The notes below the pieces were generated by a model, which was not told the DNA's origin, did no database searches, and was given only the letters and a program-made list of their open reading frames with translations. Position numbers and translations under genes: made by a program. A stretch of DNA of 61,047 nt, the filler included, from Dugesia japonica (lineage: Eukaryota): the NCBI GenBank assembly GCA_001938525.1. It is 5 parts of 5 records of this genome, joined end to end, with 100 filler letters (N's around TTAATTAATTAA, not from the genome) between each part and the next. Parts side by side here need not be neighbours in the genome. Positions count along the whole stretch, not along the records: positions 18,223 to 31,876 come from MQRL01636593.1; positions 31,977 to 40,286 come from MQRL01605661.1; 3 more parts are not named here. The stretch is one strand, 5' to 3'. Below are positions 22,852-33,900 of the stretch, one piece after another (the stretch's first letter is position 1; every line of letters begins with the position of its first letter).

Positions 22852-25800
22852 TGTAAAATAAAATATTTCATAAAATTAAATCGATATTTTTAATTTATTT
22901 TATGAAATAATTATGTAAAGTAGAATATTTCATAAAATTTAAAAAAACGATATTTGTAAAATATTTTATTGAAAAATTTCTCAGATTATTTGTTTAAATA
23001 CTATGAATTATTATAGACATTATTTTTATTTTAATCAAAAACACTTATTAAAATTTATGGAGAGTTGCGAGGTTTTGAATTTAACTAATATGGCGACCAA
23101 CGCATCATTGGATTTGCTAAAAGAAGCCATGAACCCTGGAATTTTCAAATTGGGCGATGATGTNNNNNNNNNNNNNNNNNNNNNNNNNNNNNNNNNNNNN
23201 NNNNNNNAAACAAAGAAAGGCCAAAGGAGTTGGTTTGTAGTTGCTTTCAAAGATAAAGAACTGTGTGAAATCTGTAAAAATGAAGACGAATCATTGGGAT
23301 TTGAAGAAAGATTAAGAAAAAGCTTTCTTTAGACCATTAACAATGATTAAAAATATGGAGGAAGCTCTAAATTATCGAAGGAATGGAGAGCATATAAATA
23401 TCTATTAGAAGAAGATTGAAGGATTGGTAGAAAAGTTAATGGCTCACAAATGAAACAAAGAGGACTTAACAAAAGAGCTAATAATGAATAGTTGCAACGA
23501 CAGAAAGATTAAACATAAAATCAAATCAGGAAAAATAGAAAAAGTAGTAGATGTATTAAAGCAATAAATGAGTGGGAAGACATAAAAGACGAAGTAAAAA
23601 CTGAAGAACTAAATGTAGTTGGTAACTACAAAGATGCAGTTCGCCGTGGTCCAGAACAAAAAAATTTCAACAAGAGTCGAAATGTAGGAATGCAACAGAA
23701 CAAAAACGAAAGACGAGAAATAACGTGTTGGACCTGTAACAAAATAGGTCATGTAAGCAGAAATTGTCAAGAAAGAAAAAATAAGTCCTATGCTTGTGAA
23801 TCTGAACAACATTTAAGACGAGAATGTACCAAATTTAGTTGTTCAAGATGCAACAAGAAAGGTCACCATACAGAAGACTGTTACACAAATATTAACAGAC
23901 AGTTTAGTTATCAGAATAAAAGTGAACAGACTAGAAAAGTATTCGGAAATTACCTGAATTCAAATGAAATCAAAAATTTGTCAACCAATATTAAAAATTC
24001 AAGGAAATTTATCTATTATCATAGATGAATCTACCACTTTAAGTAAAAAGACTGGACTTATTATTTATTTAAAATGCAAAACAGATAAAATAAAAGATCT
24101 ACATTTTATGTTTCGTGATTTAATTGAATTGCAGCTAACACAAAATATGTGCAACCACCATCGGTCAAGAAATTGAACGTATCGGATGTATATTTAACGT
24201 CCGATAGGTGGCCAGCTCCCTTTTAAAACTGTATAAACAGTTTGGCTGAAATGGTCATCTTTATGTCATCATTTCGAAAATGCGAGTAAAGACAACAACC
24301 GCACTAAAACTGAACAATCCATGTTCAATGNNNNNNNNNNNNNNNNNNNNNNNNNNNATCGAAACAATTTCTTCAAGATTTGGCCTTAATGTATGATGCT
24401 CTATTCGAGCTATCTAATCTATCAGAAGCATTGCAAAAAGAGAAACTTTAATCTTATATGCAGAAAAATTTATTTCGCCGCACATGAATTATTTAGAATA
24501 TTTAAAAAATCCTCAGAAAGGAAAGAAGTTGTTGGAAGTAGATTGTGCTGTTGAAACAATGNNNNNNNNNNNNNNNNNGTTGACAGATAATAAAAAGTTA
24601 AAATTCATTCACAGAAATCAATTATTAACTAGTATTATTAATAATATGAGGAATAGGCTAAACACTACATCTGAAAATTGTTCTGGTTCAGGCGGAATTT
24701 CGAATTCCAACAGTTCCGACATTGTTAAAGAATTGCGAATTCTTGAACCAACCGCATGGCCATTCGAAATTAATATGGATTTAAGAGAAAAGGAAAGAGA
24801 AACTCTATTCCAACGCTTTAATTTACCGTTGAAAAAAATTTTAAATGTCTTCAGAAATTACTTAACTTGTGGTGGTCGTAACATTTCAGAAGATTTGGAG
24901 ACTTTATAAAAAAATTTCAAAATTATAGCTTGCCATTCTTCAGAATGAGAGTGTGGATTCAGCAGCATAAATGTATTGTTTAAAAAACTTCATGAACCAC
25001 CTTTGGAATTGTGGACTCCAATTTTATACGTAAAAACCTGGTTGCGTTCCCATTGATCCGCTACTGACGACCAAACTAAAAGAGCAGGGGCATATAAGGA
25101 AATTGTGTGTGATTCTATTCGGGAGTTATTGTAAATTTAATAGTATAATACATATTAATACCTTTAAGAATCTTATTCTTATCTTTTTTTGAATTTATCT
25201 TTGTTGTGTTTGTTAATATTTTGTATTTTTCTGAATATGAATAGAAAATTATTATTTGTTTTTATTGAGATTAGCAAATATTTTATTATAAAGAACACTA
25301 TTTTTAATTCTAATTGTTTCGATTTTTTATTTAAGCATTTTTAAGCCTGGCGTACAAATATCGAAATGTCGATATTTATTAGAAAATTAGAAACTCGGTT
25401 TTATTGGTGGTCAAACTTTGCATGTTTTAGGATAAAGAATATATCATTTTTTAAAACACCAAAAATTTGTTTTTTTCTCAATAGATTAGATAATTATAAA
25501 AAAAGAAAGACTTCGGCAGTGCATTTTTTAGATAATCAGATTCGACCAGTGGTGGATTTGGGCCGGAACGGCGTTCCGGTACTTCTTATTTTACCAAAAC
25601 ACCACTGGTCATATGCAATGTCAACTCATAAAAAAGGATATTGTATAACAAGAAAGAGATTATTGGACATTTACTATTTTAGTAACCATTTTAAACATTA
25701 TTTGTATGGAAAAAGATTTTGGGTGAGAACAGATAACAAGGCGATAGCATTTATGAAAAAGACAAACAAGCCAATTACTCCTCAATTTCAGACTTGGATG

Positions 25801-27300
25801 AGTTGTCTTAGTAGCCCAGATATGGTATTGGAATTTAGACAAGGTGCGAAACAAACGAATTCAGATATGCTGTCGAGAATGAATTGTGATACGTGTGTAT
25901 AATACTTAATAGATCATAAGAATCCAAAGGAAGGAAAAATAAAGACAAGAACAATTAATGGTATATCAGGCTCAGATACATATTCTATAACATATTCTGT
26001 AACTTAGAAGAAATAGAACAGATAAAGAATGATATGAAAAATGGAACATGTAAAAAGTTTCGATTAATAGAAAAAATAATAAAAACAAAAGATGGCAAAA
26101 TATGGATCCCGTCAAAAAGGAAAATTCAAATGGTAAAAGAAATGTATAATTTATTGATGCACGCAGGAATGGAAAAAGTGAAATATTATTTAAAAAATGA
26201 ATATGATATGGAAGATTTGAGAGAAACTATGTCAAAAGTAATTAAAGAATGTACAGCGTGAAAAATGAACAAAGTAACAACAGTTAGAACAAAGGAGAAA
26301 CTATAAAATTAAAGGCTAATGCACCATTTGAGAATATTTATATTGATATCTGATAAGAAACCTTAGGAAGAAAAAGATATATATGTGCCATAATAGATAA
26401 ATTTAGCAGATACATATGCTTAGCAGCCCTAGTTAAACAAGATGAGTAATCAATAAAGAAAACTATTACGGATAAATGGATACTGAGATTTCGTGCCCCA
26501 AAAGAGATACATGTAGATTGTGGGACGACCTTTGAATCGAAAGCCTTCAAACAGATGACAGATTCAATGAATATAACAATTTGTTTTTCAAATCCTAATA
26601 CAAACGGAATAGTAGAGCGGCAATTCAGAACGATCAGAGATAACATCAATACAACATTAAAAGATAAAAAGAATAAAAATTAGGCAGTTAATACCAGAAA
26701 TTGAATATACACTAAATGCAACAAGCCAGAAGACTTTGGGGATAAGTCTAGCAGAAGTGATATTCGGTAAGAAAATACATAGAGAAAGATGGTTCAATAA
26801 TGGAGAAAAGAATGAAGAATCCAGAGAGTTGACACTAACAAAGAGACATTTTCAAGTTGGAGACGATGTGCTAATTAAGGTAGAAAACAGATCAAAAGAC
26901 AAGGAAAGATATACAGGTCGATAAGAGGTGATAAAACAGATTCATGAAAGACGATACCTGCTGAAGAGTTCAGAAGTCAAGATGATTGAAAGAAATGTGG
27001 AAAAGATTAAAATATATTTGAAAGAAGTGGAATGTAAGATTCATTCATAGATTTAAATATCTGAGAAATCTTTTTTAATTTTTATAAATATAATATTAAA
27101 ATTTATTTTTAAAACATATGTAAAATCAAATATTTCATAAAATTGAATCGATATTTTTAATTTATTTTATTGAAAAATTTCTCAGATTATTTGTTTGAAT
27201 ACTATGAATTATTGTTGACATTATTTTTATTTTAACCAAAACCTCTTGTAATAATAAATACAATTTATGGAGAGTTGTGAGGTTTTGAATTTAATTAATA
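22852..27300 (+). mobile_element. Decayed Ty3/gypsy element in a UBE3A intron, lacking PR-RT and interrupted by a hAT relic
   Basis: LTRs at ~22852-23090 and 27033-27300; PBS TGGCGACC at 23091; purine tract before 27033; gag CCHC knuckles at 23725-23880; RNase H (YCITRKRLL, VRTDNKA) and IN (HAGMEK, HVDCG, NGIVERQFRTIRD). Confidence 0.88.
23940..25607 (+). mobile_element. Degraded hAT transposon (KIAA1586/ZNF862-like transposase)
   Basis: SIIIDEST catalytic-D motif; hATC-like SSE*ECGFS near 24940-24965; 3' end CACCACTG at 25600-25607. Confidence 0.75.
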
Positions 27301-27522
27301 GGCTCAAGGTTAAATTAGTCTTCGAGGCAATTAATAATTATTCGGAACGAATTCAAGATGCGTGTCGAGAGACTATTTTCAGCTTTATAATTAATATTGA
27401 ATGACTTAAAGCAATCGATGAAAGAAGATTTACTCTCAGAAGTTTTATTTCATATAATAAATAACGAAAATTGATATCGTATTTTTCTTTTTCTTTCAAC
27501 TTTTGAAGATTTGATTTTTTAT

Positions 27523-27610
27523 AAATGGTACTTGGAGCATGGAGCGGTGATAAAGCCGGTTTGCAGTGACAAAGCGGAGCACCATAAAAAATTGGACTGG
27601 ATAAAATTTA
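27523..27610 (+). pseudogene. Possible relic of a Polinton-type protein-primed DNA polymerase B
   Basis: KWYLEHGAVIKPV..KKLDWIKF resembles the recalled pPolB segment L[KR]WY[LV][DE]HG[AL]VI; short and recognised from memory. Confidence 0.45.
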
Positions 27611-29138
27611 CATTAATCATACCAAAATTTTATACCATCACATAGAAATCTAAGCCAACATGTAAAATACAGGAATAATTACTGAAAATAAACACTTCAA
27701 CATGGAAAATAATATCTATATTTTAAACAGCTTTTGTCAAATATTGATTTTCTTGACTTTGAAAATATTTTAGTAATCTATGTCATCTCATTACGCATCC
27801 ATTGAAACTAAGTTTATCTCAATAGGATTATATATTTAGAGGAACTGGAACAAATTTTTCGCAAATGCGCGATAACTCATTATCTGATCCAGTGCGCCAC
27901 TGCCCGTTATATTGAGAACAACGCACTTTGCCATGCAAGTCTTTTAGACAATATATAGACAGAATTTTGGTCCCACCTCGTTAGAAACGATTTCGATTCG
28001 AAAATGTGAAAAATAATAATGTGCTGTACCGTGCTGTTCAGTGCAAAAAGTGTTTTTTGTGAATATCGATTAGCTTATTTGGCCCATTTACATAAAAATA
28101 GCACCAAAATATGCAGTTACGAAATTCCGCGTACATAGATACCAAAATTTATCGGCTCAGAACAAAAGCATTGTGTTTTAAAAATNNNNNNNNNNNNNNN
28201 NNNNNNNNNNNNNNNNNNNNNAAAAAAATTTTTAACCATTAAAACAAAAAATTATTTCCCATTACGAAAACATAAATTTTGCCTCAACTGTTACTTTTTC
28301 TGTGGCGGGTTGAGGTCATGCGCTCTTATAAATTAGCAATTTTCTTATAAATTACATTTGGAAAGTTCCGTTAAATAAATTTTATTAAATAATTAAACAG
28401 TTCAAAATTATTATAGACTTGCGATTATTTTGTAAAATTATTTGTAGCAAATCTCATGACGATCTTGTTTATAGTTAATGAAAAAAAATTCTTGGAATTG
28501 AAATATTTAATAGAAGGAAATATTTCAAAAATTTATATTTAAAGTTTTTCAAGTGATTTTAACAGTTTAAGACATTTATTGTTTAAAGTAAATTTAATTG
28601 CAAAAAATAATAAGCAATAAAATTTAGTTAAAATAATTTTAATTAGAGAAATAATTGCATTTTGTTATTTTATTAAGTTATCTTTGAATTTTGTGAATAA
28701 ATTATATCTGAAAGTATTAACGTTTGTATTGAAAATAAATTGTCTTCTGACGATTTTCCTAACACTTAATATTAAAAGATGAAAATAATTACAAGAAACA
28801 AAGTTAAATATAAAGTTAATATTTTGCAAATTGCCAATTTTGTGAAGGATTTTCATAAATGAATACTTATCGTTTTATGTTTAAAAAGAAAATATTTTTG
28901 CATCCGTTAAATTTTATTTTATTTTTACTCGAAATGAAATATTTTTAATTTGTACGTACTAAAAGGACAAATAAAAGACCAAACTGCAATTATACAAAAA
29001 ATTTTACATATTTAAATTCAGGCCTTTAAAAACAAATTACCAGCAAAATATATATAATTAATAATAAAATATATTAAAGTTTCAGAGACACAATTCTTAT
29101 AACTTCACACGAAAAAAGGTAAAATCAATCAATATTAC

Positions 29139-30290
29139 CCCATTTAAAGCGTCATCAACTAAATGTTCTCGGTCTATTGTTAATTTGAAAGGTTCCATTA
29201 TGCTCGATAAAAACGGATTATTGAATTCATTTCTCATTCGAATTCTATTATCATAAAATAAAAGAATAGCTTTCGTATGTGTTGTGAGCAAAAAAGCGTA
29301 TTTCACGAAACTGAAACCCTTTCCAGATTTATAACACACATAATCATTTTCTATCTAAAATAAATTACAATTGAGGGACTATAGATAAAATATCAATAAG
29401 AACATTAATGCAATCATTTAAAGTTTCATTAATAAAATCGTGATAAGGAATTAACGGATCTCTACAATCCATAGAATGAATAGATAATAACTTAGACATT
29501 TCATCTTTCGTGTTTTCAACATTTTCATCTTTGGTATCACTACGATTTAACTATAAAATTGTTAATAATAAAAGATTTTAAAATCAATTTCACCATATTA
29601 AAGATTTCCATATTGTAGATTCTTTCATTTTCTAATTGTAAAACCGAGTCGATATTTCCAGCTAAAATACTAGCATAATAAACACATTGTAAAACTAAAA
29701 CTGTATTAATAATTTCAGGATCTTCGTTTAAAACATATGCAGAATCATATTCAGTAGTTAACAGTCGTAAAGTAATACGCTGTTGCAAAATTTGATGAAG
29801 GCGTATCAAACGATTTTTTTCTTTCAAAATTTTAGCAAAAATTTCAGTTAAAATAGATCTAGTCTCTATTGTTAGCAAAGAAACTATTTCACAAACCTGA
29901 GGTAAAATATCCTCAAATTTAATAGGATCGGTTAAATAAGGAATTTCAAATAGTATAATTAAAATGTTCATTATTTCATAAGGTCTTGATGGCTCAAATA
30001 TTCTATTACATCTTTTAAGATGTTGGATTAATTGATTTACTCCTTTTTTAATTCCATTGAAAAAATCAACATTGTTCAGATTGAATAAAACGATAAATGA
30101 TTCACGGATACTGTTTACATCCACTGTGTATTTATCAGTATATATCATAGAATAATTTTCCAAAACTAAATTTAAAATTAGTTAAAATTGAAATTATGTT
30201 TCATTTAAAAGCAAAATTACAATAAAATTTAAAAATATTTATATATTCCCAATCAATGATATTTAGAAAGTAGTAAAATGCCAATTTTTG
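29139..30290 (-). CDS. UBE3A: UBE3A/E6AP N-terminal and pre-HECT exons
   Basis: Exons 29594-30165, 29404-29550 and 29139-29354 (43- and 49-nt introns), plus probable exon 30221-30290; DCRDPLIPYHDFINETLND, FYDNRIRM, DREHLVDDAL. Confidence 0.92.
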
Positions 30291-31221
30291 CTGAAATACG
30301 CGAAGTAAAATTATTGAAAAAATTATAATAAAGTCTAATAATAATGTATTGTATGCAAATAATAACACTACTGTAAATTAATATTAAATCTTTGAACAGT
30401 AAAATAAAACCACACCATTTTTTTAAATATTTTAGCCGTGTTTCGATCGTATTTCCGGTCATTTTAAGAAATTTAAATTTCAAATGCGCTCAAATTTAGT
30501 ACTATTCGACTCATAATTAAAAACTGTCTATATATGGTCTAAAGGACTACTATTCTAATGACTACATTGCACGTCCGTTGCATTTCATGACTACTATTGA
30601 AAAACGCTTCATTGACGTAGTTTATAACCTCTCAAATCCCGACGGCAAAGTGATAAATAATCTCATTAGACGAAAAATTTTCTAAGTGTATCAGAATTTT
30701 ATTGATAGAAATTTATACGTGGACAATTTAAAAGATAAGTTTGCTTTAATTCTTCGCAGGCAATTTAAATTTTAAAGTTTTCACGGTTTATGTATTTCTT
30801 TTAACAACGTGAAATTTTTTCGCGGTTAATTTGAATTATTTAATTTTTATTTTATTGCTTTTACATTATTTATTTTTTTCGCATAATTTTGAAATTAATT
30901 ATTTTAATTTTAAATTAATTTTAAGTAACTTTAATTTAAATTTTAAGTGCGAAAATTTTTAAGCTAATGAATTTTATGTTAGAAAACTTTTAAGGTATGA
31001 TATTTTAACTTCGAAAAATATTTTTAGCATGGAAATTTTAAATTTTAAATTTTAAGATTGAAAAATTTTTGTTTGTAAATTTTGTAATTGGTAAATTAAG
31101 TTGGAAAATTTTATTTAAAGTTTTTAACTTTAAAATTTTAGATTGAAAATTTATTTTCGAATTTGGTTTTTAAATTTTTAAATTTTAGTTGAGTTTATGA
31201 AAATAAATTTTAAGCGATGAA

Positions 31222-31330
31222 AGTAGGCAGATAGTGGCGCATGACACCACTACCTCCTCCCGCCAAGGTCACGATAAAGTGGTTACGTATACTTGATTTG
31301 GATTGGTCGAAATTTTCCAAGGTCACATTT
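31222..31330. mobile_element. Terminal fragment of the AGTAGATAGATAGTGGC family
   Basis: AGTAGGCAGATAGTGGCGC followed by CAAGGTCA, ATTGG and CAAGGTCA, the mirror image of 19200-19299. Confidence 0.6.
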
Positions 31331-31876
31331 CATAAAATTTATTAACTTAAAACATTATATATTTTTTGATTAACTTAAAATTTATATATATTTTGAGTTG
31401 TTACGAAATAATTGAGTTTAAATTATTGTTTTCAATTATTTTGTTATTAAATGTGCAATAGTACTTTAAGACAAATGCAGTTCATATGTAACTAATGATA
31501 TTGTAAATATATTACATTACATTATTTTAAAATTAACTAAATATATTATGTTACGGCATTTTAAAATTTATGATACACAAAAAGATAAGGGGATAGAAGG
31601 TAAAAAATTATTTTGGCACATAATATAAAAGTTATTTACTTTCAAAATCTTTCACAATTTTCATTTATATGTAAGTTTGTTATTTTTTTATATCTATTTA
31701 TATACAGTACGCACAAAAAAATCCGATTCTAAATTAAATTTCAATATTTTTATTTTTCAATTTGATCCATTTTAAATAAAATTATTTCTCAAAAACATAA
31801 ATTGTTCCATTTTCTAAATATTTTAATTTTTAAATATCTCACATAATAAAAGAAAAAATGAAGGCTTTCATTAAAA

Positions 31877-31976
31877 NNNNNNNNNNNNNNNNNNNNNNNN
31901 NNNNNNNNNNNNNNNNNNNNTTAATTAATTAANNNNNNNNNNNNNNNNNNNNNNNNNNNNNNNNNNNNNNNNNNNN
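31877..31976. other. Artificial contig linker
   Basis: 44 N + TTAATTAATTAA + 44 N. Confidence 0.95.
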
Positions 31977-33531
31977 TGATATTTTAAATGCAAAAGGTAT
32001 ACAGCTCAGATGCAACACACATACACTGAAAATTACATGCCTATGAATTTCAGTCTGTCCCATCCCATGCTAAATATAGAGGCTCCAAGTTAGATATATT
32101 GGCTCCCTATTCAAAATTTCAAGACTGATCATACCATGCAAAATACCAAGACTCTGATATCTTGTATTAATATCTTGTAATAATATCATAAAAAATATCA
32201 AGACTGCCAATAACATGCATATATTTCTTGTAATAATATCTTAAAAAATATCAAGATTGCCCATGCCATGCATAAATATCTTAAAAAATATCAACATTGC
32301 CCGTTTTATGCAAAATATAGAGACTCTGCATGCAAAATATCAAGACTACCCCATCTCTTACACAAAAAAGTCATTTAATTTAATTTAATTTAATTTAATT
32401 TAATTGCAATAAAAGATTTCCCCCCATTGCAATAAAAAATTTCCTTTTTTTTAAATTTCCCGCCAAAATAATTTTTTTTGAATTTTCCGCCAGAATATTT
32501 TTTTTGAATTTCTCGCCAAAATAATTTTTTTTGAATTTCCCGCCAAAATAATTTTTCAAAAATATCAAGACTCCCCTCTTCCCCAGTCGAAAATATTACA
32601 AAAGAACACTTCCCCGATCAAAATACCGAAAAAATAACCAAAAATACATCAAAAACTCAAAAATGATATNNNNNNNNNNNNNNNNNNNNNNNNNNNNNNN
32701 NNNNNNNNNNNNNNNNNNNNNNNNNNNNNNNNNNNNNNNNNNNNNNNNNNNNNNNNNNNNNNNNNNNNNNNNNNNNNNNNNNNNNNNTCTTATAAAATCC
32801 GATAATTAATTCTCTTTCCACACATACCAACCTCCACCTCACGAAAATATTTTTTAACACATCTTTACTACTTACAAAATAAACCAATCAAAAAGTAGCC
32901 TTTAAAATAAAAAATCAAAGCACATTCGACAACCAACATCTTCACCATCACATTACCTCTCCAACAAGCCATCAAGCAACAAATTCCATCAACAACATAA
33001 AAAACTACAACCAAAAGAAATACCACCCACGATAACTCATATATTGTGCCCGTGTGATGAAAACCATCCATCCAAACTCATAAGTTCTTTAGACAATATA
33101 TAGACCAAATTTTTGTCCGACAAGAAAAATCTTCAAAATCCAAAAAAAATTATCTCCAAGATCTCCAGCTACTCTTCCTCGTTTTTTCCAGTCTTTTACA
33201 CACACACAAACACAACTTGACCTTCTTTTTAAAAAGCACCTTAACAACCCAAACACAAAGAAAATTTAAAATTTCAAAATACACACACACCTTCAGGATC
33301 AAAAAAATCTAATTAGATAAAAAAAAAATTTGATCCGAGCAAAATATTTTTGATCCCAAAAATCTTAGAAAAAAAATCGATCACAAAAATCATGGTTAAA
33401 AAACGCAGCTTAAGCGTAATGTGTTTCCGAGCCCCCCCACGGGGAGGGGGGCTCGATAACTACTTAAAAATAATTGTGCCCGAATTTTAGCTCATTGCCA
33501 AATTGTGCCCGTGTGCCACTATCTATCTACT
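31977..33531. mobile_element. Terminal region of the same family, abutting a gypsy pol fragment
   Basis: Ends in GTGCCACTATCTATCTACT at 33531; ATGCAAAATATCAAGACT-type repeats at 32020-32360; four TTT(G/A)AA-N4-(C/T)CGCC units at 32450-32544; ATTGTGCCCG three times; GC hairpin at 33428-33456. Confidence 0.6.
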
Positions 33532-33900
33532 CACCTTTTGTATTAGCTTTAAGAAGATTCGTTTCACTCAATATCTCTAATACTTGTAGCACTGGCCAGA
33601 ATAAATATTTATCTTCATCTTTCTAATTTACAATTGCAGGTGATCAAAAAGTTAGTTTCATATGTTAAGACTAAATTTTACTTTTGTGCTTCGATTACGG
33701 TAGCTTCATTGCATTCTATAAGGTGAGCCCATTTCCATGCCATTCTATCTTATGTAATTACAATTAAAGATAGTTTTCGTTAAATATGGTATATAAATCA
33801 CTTGTAATCACCTGCATCTTTTTTAAAGTTTCATCAGATTTCATATAAGAACAACCTAGAATATTTTTTTATCGTTGCTTCATAAACTTTAAGAATTTTC
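33532..33900 (-). mobile_element. Gypsy RT/RNase H remnant
   Basis: Decayed FLGCSYMK, WHGNGL, SPAIVN and downstream RNase H-like segments on the minus strand. Confidence 0.5.

Noticed and set aside
25366-25902. 178-aa ORF as a novel fusion protein
   Set aside because: Chance read-through from the hAT 3' end into gypsy RNase H.
31222-33531. One complete element spanning the third linker
   Set aside because: Flanks GATGAA and CACCTT do not form a TSD, and the subterminal sequences differ.
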